A stretch of DNA of 64,000 bases from an uncultured bacterium (GTDB taxonomy: Bacteria > Desulfobacterota_D > UBA1144 > Nemesobacterales > UBA2774), in contig CAWGRW010000009.1 of assembly GCA_963825135.1 (NCBI GenBank), forward strand, positions 2,272,001-2,336,000, read 5' to 3'. The stretch's first letter is position 1. Each line of letters opens with the position of its first letter. This document shows positions 22,444 through 33,215 of this stretch, one piece after another. The position numbers and the translations under genes are program-made. Below the pieces are notes generated by a model. That model was given only the letters and a program-made list of their open reading frames with translations. It made no database searches and was not told the origin of the DNA.

Positions 22444-24099
22444 TTACTCCTTTTGTTTGGGTTTTACACTTACGACTCTGCCCCCGAATATTTCTATTGC
22501 GTCCTTGAGCATAGGGTCGTTCTGGATTTTCTTCTTGTTTTCGCTTCTATCGCTCCTTCCGCCCCCTGTTTCGCCCGCCGAAGCGGTAACGTCTTCCGCT
22601 ATTTCCAGGCTCATCTCCCCGGAATAACACTCTTTCAAGTAATTCCTGAGCTCGTCCTGCGTTTCCTTTTTACCGAAGTGCTGGGAGTGTATACGGCTGC
22701 CGAATGTGACCCTGAACAAACCGTCCGTTACCTTGATTTCCTTCGCCTGCTCGAGCCTCGTGCCCATAATCGCATTCCTGGATTTAATGAATTTAATCAC
22801 CGACCCGGTGTCCCCCGTTTCCGCCTTGGGTTTATTCGCGGGCGCCTGAACCCCGCTTGCCGGGGGCGTTGTAACCGGCTTATCCTCGGCCGCGTCCTGT
22901 CTTTTCTGATAATCCCCGCGGGGCTCGTCGAGACGCCCCCTGGGCTCTCCCCCCGTCTTGATCGATCCCGACAGTGTTTCGAGTCTCTTTATTATGTTTT
23001 CCAGGGGTACTGTTCTTTCGAGAGTCGAGAGTTTTATTAACAGGAATTCGAGCGCCATCTGAGGGTAAAATGATCTGTGAATGCCCTCTGCCCCTTCAAG
23101 CATGATGTTAAAGAGGGACTCGAGACTCTCTACCGTCTCACTCGACGTGATACCCGCAATTTCGTTCTTGTCCTCCTCCGATAGCTCGGCGACCGCGTCC
23201 TTGCCGCAGGTCTTGAGCAGAAGGGCATACCTGAATACCCTCAGCAGGTCTTCGGCAAATCGTTTCGGATTAATTCCCTTTTCGATTGCCCTGTTGAATG
23301 ATTCGATACAGGCTTTGGGGCTTTTATCGATTACCCCCTCGATTGCGGAATTGAGGAGCTTCCGGTCCAGTATCCCGAGCACCCTGATCGCGTCCTCGTG
23401 TGCGATCCTGTCGCCGAAAGTCGCAAGGAGCTGATCCATAAGGCTGAGCGCGTCCCTCATGCTTCCGTCGGCTTCCTGAGCTACGACATAGAGGGTCTCC
23501 TCTCCCACCCCGATGTTCTCCTGCGCCGTTATCGAAACGAGGCTCTCTTTTATCTTTTCTACCGGCACCTTCCTGAAATCGTACCTCTGGCACCTCGAGA
23601 GGATCGTTACCGGGATCTTATGCGCCTCGGTCGTGGCCAGTATGAAGAGTACGTGGGGCGGGGGCTCCTCGAGGGTTTTGAGGAGGGCGTTGAACGCCGA
23701 TTGGGAAAGCATATGCGCTTCGTCGATTATGTATATCTTGTATTTTCCTGATGCTGGGAGGTATTTTACATTTTCGATAATCTCCCTAACGTCGTTCACC
23801 CCTGTATGTGAGGCGGCGTCGATTTCGATTACATCGAGCGATTTTCCCTCGGCTATCTCCCTGCAGAATACGCATTCCGAACATGGTTCCGGAGTCGGCC
23901 CGCTCTGACAGTTAAGCGCTTTGGCGAGTATCCTGGCTGTCGAAGTCTTACCTACTCCCCTGGGTCCGGAAAATACGAACGCGTGAGCTATTTTCCCGGT
24001 GGATACGGCGTTCTTGAGGCTCAGGGTTACGTTTTCCTGGCTTACAATATCCTCGAAGGTCTGAGGTCTCCATTTTCTAGCGAGTACCAGGTAGGACAT
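22444..24099 (-). CDS. dnaX: DNA polymerase III subunit gamma/tau
   Basis: YLVLARKWRPQTF, GPRGVGKTS, DEAHML, SRCQ. Confidence 0.97.
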   Translation of the reverse strand: MSYLVLARKWRPQTFEDIVSQENVTLSLKNAVSTGKIAHAFVFSGPRGVGKTSTARILAKALNCQSGPTPEPCSECVFCREIAEGKSLDVIEIDAASHTGVNDVREIIENVKYLPASGKYKIYIIDEAHMLSQSAFNALLKTLEEPPPHVLFILATTEAHKIPVTILSRCQRYDFRKVPVEKIKESLVSITAQENIGVGEETLYVVAQEADGSMRDALSLMDQLLATFGDRIAHEDAIRVLGILDRKLLNSAIEGVIDKSPKACIESFNRAIEKGINPKRFAEDLLRVFRYALLLKTCGKDAVAELSEEDKNEIAGITSSETVESLESLFNIMLEGAEGIHRSFYPQMALEFLLIKLSTLERTVPLENIIKRLETLSGSIKTGGEPRGRLDEPRGDYQKRQDAAEDKPVTTPPASGVQAPANKPKAETGDTGSVIKFIKSRNAIMGTRLEQAKEIKVTDGLFRVTFGSRIHSQHFGKKETQDELRNYLKECYSGEMSLEIAEDVTASAGETGGGRSDRSENKKKIQNDPMLKDAIEIFGGRVVSVKPKQKE

Positions 24100-24112
24100 C
24101 TGTCACCTTAGA

Positions 24113-24220
24113 ACCAGCTAGTCAGGTTCTCCGCAACGCTCAGGAGGGTTTGTTACCGTTGCTCCCTTCCGGGCCTGGCGGGGTTCACAAGCTCCTGCCG
24201 TACGGACCTGACTAACTGGT
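24113..24220 (-). ncRNA. ffs: Signal recognition particle RNA (4.5S)
   Basis: Minus strand forms a long hairpin with GCCAGGCCCGGAAGGGAGCAAC domain IV. Classic position upstream of dnaX. Confidence 0.92.
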
Positions 24221-24356
24221 AAATTTATTGAAACTAATATTGCCCGACGAGCTTTTCCTATATTATAAAATACCCGATAGATTATATCTATTTCTTGATA
24301 TAATCTCTGTGCCCCCCGTCTATACCCTGAATCCGCGTAATAGATCGGTTGAATAC

Positions 24357-24448
<92 letters not shown>

Positions 24449-24555
24449 GGTTGTAAAATGGAATTTAACAAGATTCTAACATCTTGGAAAAATTCTTCAA
24501 AAGATAAAGCGATCGGGGCTCATTCCATGGCATGTTCCCCGCGTGGTCTGTCCGT

Positions 24556-24762
24556 TTAGTCCTGATTATCCTGTTCTTCCGGGTACTGCAGTCCTTCCGA
24601 ATACGTAGTGTCCACCGATTCCGGCTCCGTCGGCGAATCCAGCGCCTTGCCCGGATCGTCGATCGTTCCCGGTTCGACACTGGCGCACGAGGTCATCATC
24701 GGCAATAAAATCAGCGCGACGAGTCCCAAAGGCTTTATTATGTCAGATAGTATCTTATTCAT
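24556..24762 (-). CDS. Small acidic lipoprotein
   Basis: Hydrophobic signal ending MTSC, RBS AGAGGG. Confidence 0.6.
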   Translation of the reverse strand: MNKILSDIIKPLGLVALILLPMMTSCASVEPGTIDDPGKALDSPTEPESVDTTYSEGLQYPEEQDNQD

Positions 24763-24856
24763 TTTTTCCCTCTTGTCTCATTTGTTATTAGGGCCGAATT
24801 GAAATAAATATATACCAAAATAAAGGAAACGAGAGGTAATATTTTAGGGCTTATCC

Positions 24857-24892
24857 GATAACGGGCTCGAGCCGGGGCTAAGGCCCGTTATC
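24857..24892 (-). terminator. Hairpin downstream of the cytochrome c gene
   Basis: GATAACGGGC...GCCCGTTATC inverted repeat. Confidence 0.45.
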
Positions 24893-24899
24893 CCCGTCA

Positions 24900-25286
24900 T
24901 TATTTCGCTTTATACTGGCACTTGCAGATGTCCTGTCTGATGTACGCTATCACGTTCCAGATATCCTGCTCGGAAAGCGTTCCGCCCCATGCGGCCATCA
25001 TGGGGGAGAGCCCTACGGAGGCCCCGCCTTCACTGATGACTTTATAGAGGTGATCGTCCGTCTTTGTCGATAGATATGCCGCATCAGTCAGGTTTCTCGG
25101 CTTCGGGTCGAGCGCTGCTGCCGCAGCCCCGTCTCCCTTGCCTTCAGGCCCGTGACAGGCAGCGCAGGTATTTTGAAACGTCTCCTTACCCTTAGCCGCG
25201 TCCCCTTTTTCAGCTGCCGAAACGGCCGACAGCGAAAACACCGTGAAAGACGCCAAAACAAGCATCGAATATACAAATCTTCTCAT
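24900..25286 (-). CDS. Monoheme class I cytochrome c
   Basis: Signal peptide, CAACHG, PKPRNL, distal Met in SPMMAAW. Confidence 0.92.
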   Translation of the reverse strand: MRRFVYSMLVLASFTVFSLSAVSAAEKGDAAKGKETFQNTCAACHGPEGKGDGAAAAALDPKPRNLTDAAYLSTKTDDHLYKVISEGGASVGLSPMMAAWGGTLSEQDIWNVIAYIRQDICKCQYKAK

Positions 25287-25428
25287 TTCAGATCCTCCCG
25301 AATTCTGTAGACGAGATTAACGACAATCTATTTTAACTGTAATATATGTTTTGTATAGATGGGGGAGTATTGCCTGAGGACCTGCGGAATGTGATAATGG
25401 AGAGCGAAACATATATCGGGAGGGTCAT

Positions 25429-26183
25429 ATGGATTTTGTAAACCTATCGATTCATGAAGGTATAGCGACGGTAACGATTAAGAGGCCTAAAGTGAACGCT
25501 ATAAACGAGCAGGTCGTATCGGAATTGAGGGACGTCTTCCGGGATCTCGCTCTGAATACACAGGTAAAAGCCGTCATATTGACTGGCAAGGGGAGCTTCT
25601 TTTCGTTCGGGTTCGATATACCCGGGTTCATGAATTATTCTAAGGAAGAATTTCACAGGTTTGTCATGAGCTTTTCCGAGCTCGTACTAGCGTATTTTTG
25701 CCTTTGAGAAACCTGTAATCGCCGCACTTAACGGGCATACCGTCGCAGGCGGCTGTATTCTCGCCATAGCCTGCGACCGGAGGGTCATGGTCACGGGGAA
25801 GGCAAAGATCGCATTAAACGAGATCACGATCGGGGCCGCAATATTTACGAGCATTGCTGAGACTTCTGAAGTTCACAGTCGGCTCCGGGAACGCTCAGCG
25901 GATTCTCTATTCGGGAAAAATGCATTCTGCGGATGAGGCCCTGACCCTCGGCCTTGTTGACGAAGTGCAATCAGAAGAAGGGTTCGATGGCGCCGTGCTT
26001 CGGGCCGCCGGAGAGCTTGCGGAGAGGGATGGAGAGGCGTTCGGGAGCGTAAAGAGGCTTCTGAGGAAGGACGCCCTCGATAGGATAGAGAGAGACGAAA
26101 GAGGTTCCGTTTCGGATTTCGTCGATATTTGGTACTCTCAAAGTACATGGGATAAGTTAAAGAAGATAGAAATCCGCGGTTAG
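25429..26183 (+). CDS. Enoyl-CoA hydratase/isomerase, frameshifted near 25690 and 25858
   Basis: PKVNAIN, FFSFGFD; the middle frame reads KPVIAALNGHTVAGGC; EALTLGLVDEV. Confidence 0.8.
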
Positions 26184-26220
26184 TAATCCGGATCTATTTC
26201 TAAGGGCATATCGTATCCGA

Positions 26221-26763
26221 ATGATAAAAAAGTGGGAAATCGTCAAAACTGAACCCCTCGGGTCTAACAGGGTATTTTCGACAAGGAAAGATACCAGCGT
26301 ATCACCGATTACCGGGGAGGAGCACGAATTCTTCGTGATAGAGGCCCCTGACTGGGTGAACATCGTTGCGGTCACGGACGAGGGCGAGGTGCTGCTTATC
26401 AGACAGTACAGGCACGGTACCGGGGCTGAGACGATTGAGATTCCCGGCGGTGTTATTGACCCCGGGGAGACCCCGCTCGAAGCAGCCAGGAGGGAGCTCC
26501 TCGAAGAGACGGGTTATATCTCGGATGACTGGACCTGCATAGGAGAGGTCGTTCCGAATCCGGCCATCCAGAACAATACCTGCTATACCTTCCTTGCCTC
26601 AAGCGCGCGGAGGGGGGAAGAACCGAGCTTCGATACCACGGAATATATCGTCACTCTGAGTGTGCCTGTAGAGGACATTCCCGGGATTGTTTCGAAGAAG
26701 CTGATTACACATTCACTAGTAATCTCGGCATTTTACTGGTTTTGCCTCCATAATCGTAAATGA
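26221..26763 (+). CDS. NUDIX hydrolase (ADP-ribose pyrophosphatase-like)
   Basis: Nudix box GGVIDPGETPLEAARRELLEETG. Confidence 0.92.
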   Translation: MIKKWEIVKTEPLGSNRVFSTRKDTSVSPITGEEHEFFVIEAPDWVNIVAVTDEGEVLLIRQYRHGTGAETIEIPGGVIDPGETPLEAARRELLEETGYISDDWTCIGEVVPNPAIQNNTCYTFLASSARRGEEPSFDTTEYIVTLSVPVEDIPGIVSKKLITHSLVISAFYWFCLHNRK

Positions 26764-26912
26764 TTCCGTACATCCCGGCTCAAGCCACTCATCAAAATTC
26801 TTAAGAATCAGGTTTAAGTGTTATTATGGGCATGCTTTATATATTAATTTTTAACGTTGAGTATTCGTTCCGGCGGGTGTATATTTATAGTGAGCATTTG
26901 AGGAGGCAGAAT

Positions 26913-27518
26913 ATGTCCCGCTCTATATTCATGACATTATGCGTTCTCTGCACCACTTTATATCTGAATCCCTCTATTGTATTTGCGCAAGCGGCTCCTG
27001 CGCCGGCTCCTGCGCCTGCACCGGCCCCGGCTGCGCCCCCGGTCCCCGCTGATTTTCCCTCATACATGGTCACCCCTAGCGAGGATTTGAACCCCTACGA
27101 TCTATCCACAATGCAGAAGAGCACCCAGACGGGGGATAGAAACGGCGTCGGGACACTAGGCACATCGGTTGAGCGTACGAGCAACATTGAAGTCAACGAG
27201 GCGCTCCAGAAGAGCAGGCAGGAGAGAATGAAGGCGGCCGAGGAGGCCAAGGCGAAAGAAGCAAGCGAGTCCGGCGACACACGGGGAGAGGAATCGGTTT
27301 CCGCTGACGAAGGTGCGCCGGCCAACCCGCCTCAGCTTGGAGATTCCGCAAAGGATCTGGAAACACCCGGCGTGAGGGGAGGGCTCTTCACCTGGACTGA
27401 CGATCGTGGGGTGCTCCATGCGACGAACGACATAGGTCAGGTGCCGATAAAGTATCAGGTCGAGGCGCTCGGGAATTCCGACAAGATAAAATTAAATAAG
27501 GGCTCTGTCGATAAGTAG
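26913..27518 (+). CDS. Secreted Ala/Pro-rich protein with DUF4124-like C-terminal motif
   Basis: RBS GAGGAGG, signal peptide, (AP)n tract, FTWTDDRGVLH...P.KY. Confidence 0.6.
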   Translation: MSRSIFMTLCVLCTTLYLNPSIVFAQAAPAPAPAPAPAPAAPPVPADFPSYMVTPSEDLNPYDLSTMQKSTQTGDRNGVGTLGTSVERTSNIEVNEALQKSRQERMKAAEEAKAKEASESGDTRGEESVSADEGAPANPPQLGDSAKDLETPGVRGGLFTWTDDRGVLHATNDIGQVPIKYQVEALGNSDKIKLNKGSVDK

Positions 27519-27530
27519 CGGCGCTGTCCG

Positions 27531-27806
27531 CTATTTTTTGTTCTTGGCTTTATTTTCCTTATCAGTAATCTCGGTGACCTTTTCTTCCAGGCTTTCCATT
27601 TTAGCGGAGAGTCTTTTTATCTGGCCCTCAAGGATGTAAAGGGTATCGTTAGTGCTTTCAAGCCGCTTTAACAGAATAACTCCGAGCCCGACAAGCGGGG
27701 CGACAATGAATATAAGCTGAAAAAGGTAACCGGGACCGTTCTCCGAGCAGCCGCTCAGGAATAGGCCGGTGTATATTATTGCGGTCAATATTAATACGTT
27801 TCTCAT
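27531..27806 (-). CDS. Small lipoprotein with TM helix and coiled coil
   Basis: Lipobox LSGC, RBS AGGAGG. Confidence 0.6.
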   Translation of the reverse strand: MRNVLILTAIIYTGLFLSGCSENGPGYLFQLIFIVAPLVGLGVILLKRLESTNDTLYILEGQIKRLSAKMESLEEKVTEITDKENKAKNKK

Positions 27807-27873
27807 GATCCAATCCTCCTTCTGGTTTAATATAACAGTTATTTTACCTGAGTAATTAACCTGTTATCCCGAA

Positions 27874-28566
27874 TCATTTTTTGTTTCTGAACTTCATGTA
27901 ATGGATTTGCCTCCCCTCCGCCCTGAATTCCTTTTCGTAACTTGTTTCCGTCCGGTCGGGGATATCCGAAATATAGCCCGGTTCGGGGTATACGGTATCA
28001 AACATAGCTATATTTCTCATTGTGTCCAGGGTGTTCAGCACATATTCCCCGTGATCGCTCGCGATCTCCAGATCGGCTCCCTGTTTCATGATTCCCGAGA
28101 GCTTCTTCAGGAATCCCCGGTTGATGATTCTGTGCTGTTTATGCCTGTCCTTGGGCCAGGGGTCGGGGAAATTGATGTATGCAGTCGAGAACGAGTCCGG
28201 CCGGAATATTTCCCCCGCCGCTATCTCCGCGTCCATGTGAATGAACCTTACGTTCACGGCCCTCTGCCGCCGCGCGCGCTTTACCGCCTTGTTAAACCTT
28301 CTCTTCTTTATCTCCAGCCCCAGGAAATTGTTCCCCGGGTTCCTGAGGGCACTCTCGATCAGAAAATCCCCGTCCCCGAATCCTATTTCGAGCAGACAAT
28401 CGTTTCCGTTGCCGAACACCGCCTTCAGATCGAGCGGTAAAAGGCGGAGCGATATATCGAGTCCGGGATTGATTACGTCCGAGTTGTCGGTTTTCACGCT
28501 GATTTTATCCTTTGGAATTAAAGGGGGAGGGCATACGCAGGGCGTCCCGGATAAGAGCTTCGTCAA
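27874..28566 (-). CDS. trmB: tRNA (guanine-N7)-methyltransferase
   Basis: LEIGFGDG, NFPDPWPKDRH..RI, TSYE. The true start may be slightly downstream. Confidence 0.92.
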   Translation of the reverse strand: MTKLLSGTPCVCPPPLIPKDKISVKTDNSDVINPGLDISLRLLPLDLKAVFGNGNDCLLEIGFGDGDFLIESALRNPGNNFLGLEIKKRRFNKAVKRARRQRAVNVRFIHMDAEIAAGEIFRPDSFSTAYINFPDPWPKDRHKQHRIINRGFLKKLSGIMKQGADLEIASDHGEYVLNTLDTMRNIAMFDTVYPEPGYISDIPDRTETSYEKEFRAEGRQIHYMKFRNKK

Positions 28567-29629
28567 TCTTTATCCCGTAGCCTCCGTCAATCTCCGCCAT
28601 TCGGCCCAAGGTCTCCGGGAGGACCATCTCGATTCTCCCTCCGCGGGATTTTTTATCGAGCTTCGTCGCTTCGATAATATCCTGAATTTTCATATTTTCA
28701 GGCATGAGTGTGGGCAGGCCCGCCGCGACTAAAAGCCCGCTGAGCTTTCCGAGCTCCTTTTCCTTCCATAACCCCATCCTGACCGCGAGCTTCCCCTCTG
28801 CCGCCATGCCGATTGATATCGCTTCCCCGTGCGTGATTTTATATTCTGACAGGTTCTCGACGGCGTGACCTATGGTATGGCCGAAGTTCAGTATTTTTCT
28901 GAGGTTCGATTCCCTCTCGTCAAGCTCGACGACCTCTCCCTTTATCTCGCATCCTCTTTTAATGATATGGGTAAGCGCCCCCTTGTCGTATGAGAATATC
29001 CTGTCCATATTCCGCTCTAGGAATGAAAAGAGATCGGCGTCTTTAATAACGCCGTATTTTATCACCTCCGCGAGGCCTTCCCTTATCTCCTTTCGGTTGA
29101 GTGTAAGGAGCGTGTCCACGTCTATGTACACCCTCCACGGCTGGTGGAACGCGCCGATGAGGTTTTTGCCGTGCGGTGTGTCGACGGCGGTCTTCCCGCC
29201 AATCGAGCTGTCGACGCAGGCGACGAGTGTGGTCGGGACCTGGATGTATGGGAGCCCGCGCGTGTAGGTAGAGGCGACATAACCGGCTATATCGCCGGCT
29301 ACACCTCCGCCTAGCGCCACGACGGCCGAGTCCCGCCCGAATTTATTCTCCAGCATACGGTCCTCGATCCACGTTTTTGTCTCCCGGTTCTTATGGCTCT
29401 CACCCGCGGGAAACGCTATTAAATGTGCGTCGAGACCGGCCCGCTCGAATTCATGAAGCAGTTTACGCCCATAAAGGGTCTCTACGTTCGAGTCGGTGAC
29501 GATAGCATATTTATGGGCCAGCACCGCTTCCTTCATATCTCCGGGGATGCGGCTGACGATATCCTCACCTATAACGATATCGTAGGACTTATCCTCGCTA
29601 ATTTTAAGGTTTACTCTTATCTTTTCCAT
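28505..29629 (-). CDS. aroB: 3-dehydroquinate synthase
   Basis: GGGVAGD, VPTTL..VDSSIGGKT, LNFGHTIGHA. Confidence 0.97.
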   Translation of the reverse strand: MEKIRVNLKISEDKSYDIVIGEDIVSRIPGDMKEAVLAHKYAIVTDSNVETLYGRKLLHEFERAGLDAHLIAFPAGESHKNRETKTWIEDRMLENKFGRDSAVVALGGGVAGDIAGYVASTYTRGLPYIQVPTTLVACVDSSIGGKTAVDTPHGKNLIGAFHQPWRVYIDVDTLLTLNRKEIREGLAEVIKYGVIKDADLFSFLERNMDRIFSYDKGALTHIIKRGCEIKGEVVELDERESNLRKILNFGHTIGHAVENLSEYKITHGEAISIGMAAEGKLAVRMGLWKEKELGKLSGLLVAAGLPTLMPENMKIQDIIEATKLDKKSRGGRIEMVLPETLGRMAEIDGGYGIKIDEALIRDALRMPSPFNSKG

Positions 29630-29651
29630 CCTGCCCGCCGCATCAATTATA

Positions 29652-30626
29652 TTATAACTCTAACTCCTTCTCTCCCCTGAACGAAAATATCCTCACTTTC
29701 GGTCCCGCTTCCAGACGAACGTCGGTCGGTCTCTCTCCTGTAAATATCTCACCGTCAATTATATACCCGTTGTTCCTCTCGACCCGGAGTGTCCTCACCG
29801 TCCTGTTCACGAAGTCTCCGTTTTTATCCGACTTGAGACTCCTGTATAGGCCGAGCGGCAGCGTGTGCCGCTGCTCTCTGATATAATTCTCCCTTACGTA
29901 AACCATGTTGAAAGACTCGCCCGGCACCGATTCCTCGGCGAAGATATCGAAGCCGAAAACGAATTTCTTCAGGCTCGACGCGATCATCAGCACGTGGCCG
30001 TCGTGAGGGAGTTTCTCTCCATCCGCGTAGACTGTCGAATCGACGTTCTCGAATGGTCCCCGCTCGCCGTTCGATAGCAGGGTCAGTATCGTTTTGATCG
30101 TCATTATGGACGCCACCTGGATTCCGGCGCCCTGTTTATAGTAATCGATCAGGAAACGGTAGAGGAACCCGTCGATCCATGAAAATCCGTAATAATGGTC
30201 TTCGGAATTTGTATTCCGTATACGGATTAGCCCCCTCTCTATCACTCTCACCGGCGCCCCGCGTCTCAGGATATCGTTTAATTTTCGGCAAATCGCGAAC
30301 TGACTCTCCCTCAGGCCGGCGTCGGACCCTATCATGTTGATGGTGCCGCCCATGAGCGGCAGGATTACAGGCAGTTTGTCATCGCCAAACAGTTTCAGAT
30401 AAGCACTCAGGACGCTGCATATAGTCCCGTCCCCCCCGCTTATCAGGAGGAGCTTTACACCTTCATCGTGAAATTCCTCCATCACTCCCGGAATTTCGAG
30501 CTTGTTCTTGGTCGTACGGAGTAATGCCTTGCCGCCGAATATATCGTCGAGCTTCTTTATCACGGCGGTCGTCTTCCTGCTGTTAATCTTTGCCGACGGA
30601 TTTAAAATAATGCCTATCTGTTTCAT
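29652..30626 (-). CDS. Diacylglycerol kinase family protein
   Basis: ILNPSA, SGGDGT, GGTIN, IDGE. ATGA overlap with the apt stop. Confidence 0.85.
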   Translation of the reverse strand: MKQIGIILNPSAKINSRKTTAVIKKLDDIFGGKALLRTTKNKLEIPGVMEEFHDEGVKLLLISGGDGTICSVLSAYLKLFGDDKLPVILPLMGGTINMIGSDAGLRESQFAICRKLNDILRRGAPVRVIERGLIRIRNTNSEDHYYGFSWIDGFLYRFLIDYYKQGAGIQVASIMTIKTILTLLSNGERGPFENVDSTVYADGEKLPHDGHVLMIASSLKKFVFGFDIFAEESVPGESFNMVYVRENYIREQRHTLPLGLYRSLKSDKNGDFVNRTVRTLRVERNNGYIIDGEIFTGERPTDVRLEAGPKVRIFSFRGEKELEL

Positions 30627-31144
30627 GCCTCGTATTTGACCACCGACCATACGGGGTGGGGGGAGAGCCTTTTCTGACCTTCGAGCTCGGTGAGCTCGAC
30701 CAGGAAGCAGTACCCCGCGATTTCCCCTCCGAGTTTCTCTATGAGGTCGCCCGCCGCCTTTGCGGTTCCCCCCGTCGCCAGCAGGTCGTCGATGAGCACG
30801 ACCCTGCTGCCGTGATGTATTGCGTCCCTGTGGACTTCGAGAGAGTCTGAGCCGTATTCGAGGTCGTAGGAGGCGTTTATCGTTACGTACGGGAGTTTCC
30901 CCGGCTTCCTCACGATGACAAGCCCCGTTCGGAGCTTTAGCGCCAGGGCGGACGCGAATATGAACCCGCGCGCTTCGATGCCCACTAGATAGTCGATTTT
31001 ATCCCCCCCGAGCCTATCTGCCATTTGTTCGATTGCCGATTCGAACGCCCCGGCGTTTTGAAGGAGCGGGGTTATGTCGTGAAAAATTATCCCCTCTTTA
31101 GGAAAATCGGGAATGTCCCTGATGTATTGCCTGAGATCTTTCAT
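30623..31144 (-). CDS. apt: Adenine phosphoribosyltransferase
   Basis: PDFPKEGI, EARGF, LEYG, DDLLATGGT. Confidence 0.97.
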   Translation of the reverse strand: MKDLRQYIRDIPDFPKEGIIFHDITPLLQNAGAFESAIEQMADRLGGDKIDYLVGIEARGFIFASALALKLRTGLVIVRKPGKLPYVTINASYDLEYGSDSLEVHRDAIHHGSRVVLIDDLLATGGTAKAAGDLIEKLGGEIAGYCFLVELTELEGQKRLSPHPVWSVVKYEA

Positions 31145-31163
31145 TAACCATTCTCCTTTTAAG

Positions 31164-31880
31164 TTATGGCAGGTAGTCGAGCGGGTTTACCGGTTTACCG
31201 TCTTTTCTTATTTCGAAGTGCAGATGGTTCCCGGTGGCGTTGCCGGTCTCTCCGACTTCCGCAATTATCTCTCCCGACCTGACACAGGTCCCGGGCTTCA
31301 CATCGTTCTTGCTATTGTGCGCGTAGAGCGTGCTCATCCCCCCGCCGTGCTCAATGACTACTATCCTTCCGTATCCGGAAAATCCCTTCATGCCGTCGTC
31401 GCTTATCAGTACCAGTCCGTCTGCGGCGGCTCTTATGGGAGTGCCGCCGGGCGCTGGTATGTCTATGCCCCAGTGGAACCTCCTGCCCCGCTTTCCGAAA
31501 CCCGAGGATATCTTCCCGGGCAGGGGCCAAATCAGCCCGGAAGAAACAACCGCGCCCGGGATTTTAAGCATGGTGCCTACGGGTATGTTCGTATAGTCTT
31601 CTATATTGTTTGCCTGTATTAGTTCTTTAACGGTAATACCGTACATGACTGATACCCGGTATAAAGTCTCTCCCTCTTCGAGAACATGATATCTGTTACC
31701 CTCTCTGATTGTTGCTCTGCCCGTCAGGCACCGCTCTATGTCTTTTTCGCTGACTTTAGGAACGGTAGGCTGCGGCGGATTTTTACCGCAGGCCCCGAGC
31801 AATGCGAGCGTCAGCAAAACCGATAGCCATTTCCACTGCCTCTCTCGGATTGTCTGCCTGCCTAATATCGGATGATACAT
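31164..31880 (-). CDS. LysM + M23 peptidase lipoprotein (NlpD-like)
   Basis: Lipobox LGAC, LysM GETLYRVS, HWGID, HLHFE. Start uncertain. Confidence 0.88.
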   Translation of the reverse strand: MYHPILGRQTIRERQWKWLSVLLTLALLGACGKNPPQPTVPKVSEKDIERCLTGRATIREGNRYHVLEEGETLYRVSVMYGITVKELIQANNIEDYTNIPVGTMLKIPGAVVSSGLIWPLPGKISSGFGKRGRRFHWGIDIPAPGGTPIRAAADGLVLISDDGMKGFSGYGRIVVIEHGGGMSTLYAHNSKNDVKPGTCVRSGEIIAEVGETGNATGNHLHFEIRKDGKPVNPLDYLP

Positions 31881-32259
31881 CCCAAGTATTTATCCCTATG
31901 ACCGGAATTTCCAATCTGAGAGCGAAGGCGATTTCAGATAATGTACCGAAGCTCCCGCCTATTGCAATCAGAGCGTCGCTCGAGCGGACTACTATAATAT
32001 TCCTCCCGTGTCCCATACCCGTGACAATGGGGATATCGACGTAGGGATTGGCTTCGTTCTTATGTTCGCCGGGGATTATTCCTATTGTCGTGCCCCCTTC
32101 CGATTTTGCTCCCTTGCAGGCGGCTTCCATGACCCCGCCCAACCCTCCGCATACGAGCGTGCATTTTCCCCGCGCAAGCTCCCTTCCTACCTCAAATGCA
32201 GCGATATATTCCTCTTCCGCGGCATTACCGGCCCCTATTACTCCTACCAGTATCTCCAT
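31783..32259 (-). CDS. TIGR00725 / LOG-like Rossmann protein
   Basis: CGGLGGVMEA, RN..V.SSD, GTLSEIA. Confidence 0.9.
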   Translation of the reverse strand: MEILVGVIGAGNAAEEEYIAAFEVGRELARGKCTLVCGGLGGVMEAACKGAKSEGGTTIGIIPGEHKNEANPYVDIPIVTGMGHGRNIIVVRSSDALIAIGGSFGTLSEIAFALRLEIPVIGINTWDVSSDIRQADNPREAVEMAIGFADARIARGLR

Positions 32260-32533
32260 ATACGTCTAGATTATATGCTTTTTCCATTTGAGACTCAAAC
32301 GGTCCGCCGGGCGGCGCAAGAAACACCCTCAACCCTCCGCCCGTAAAGTGATTTATCACCAGCCGCGGAACCTGTACATCATCGGGTACTGCGCTCCGGT
32401 TATAACGGCGCGCATTCTCCGGGGATACGGGTTTTGCTCCGGGGCGGAAGAAATACTTGATTTTACTCCTCCTATCTTATAGCTTTTTAAGTTAGGGTTC
32501 TAGCTCTCGACCAGAAAGGCAGGGGGGAAGTTA

Positions 32534-33172
32534 ATGAAGATGTTAAAAAATCCGTATGTGCTCTTGGTGTTATTGACGTTAACGGCGGTTTCTTATGCGT
32601 CCGCCCAGCAAAAGGCGGATCTGGCTCCTCTGGGATTTACTTTCGGCATCTCGGATGACGACGCCCAGGATATAATCGAGACAAACGGCAAGAGGCTGAT
32701 CGATGACAAGGTCGATTCGAAGAAAATCCGTACGATACTGATGCAGGGCATGATCGTTACTCTCCCGCTCGATCTGGAGGGGAGGGACGTGAGCACAGGG
32801 CTTGAATTCTATGACAATAAGCTGCTCTCGAGCTCGCTGATTGTGACGGCCAAGGATGAGTCGGAGGAATCCCAGTTGCGGGATGAGCTCATGAAGTACC
32901 TGAAAGACAAGTACGGCGAGCCTGCGAGCTCCGACAGCATGCTTTATTTCAAGACGTGGACGTGGCATATGCCGGATGTGAAAATGGTTTTCCATACGGA
33001 TCAGAAGAATAAAATTGTAAAGATCGCATATACCTATGAGCCCGTAAATCAGGCCAAAGTCGAGAAGGATCTGGACAAGCTGCGGGGTACCGAGGTGATA
33101 GATCCCGCAAAACAGATGTTTATCGACGGGGATTACAGCAAGCCTAAATTTTACGACGAGACGGGGCACTGA
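32534..33172 (+). CDS. Secreted hypothetical protein
   Basis: Signal peptide ending ASA, good RBS. Confidence 0.65.
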   Translation: MKMLKNPYVLLVLLTLTAVSYASAQQKADLAPLGFTFGISDDDAQDIIETNGKRLIDDKVDSKKIRTILMQGMIVTLPLDLEGRDVSTGLEFYDNKLLSSSLIVTAKDESEESQLRDELMKYLKDKYGEPASSDSMLYFKTWTWHMPDVKMVFHTDQKNKIVKIAYTYEPVNQAKVEKDLDKLRGTEVIDPAKQMFIDGDYSKPKFYDETGH

Positions 33173-33215
33173 GTTATCTGGAGACACGGCCCGTATTGGC
33201 GAGAGAGGGCCTGCA

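Noticed and set aside
26990..27045. Short tandem DNA repeat
   Set aside because: It simply encodes an (AP)n linker.
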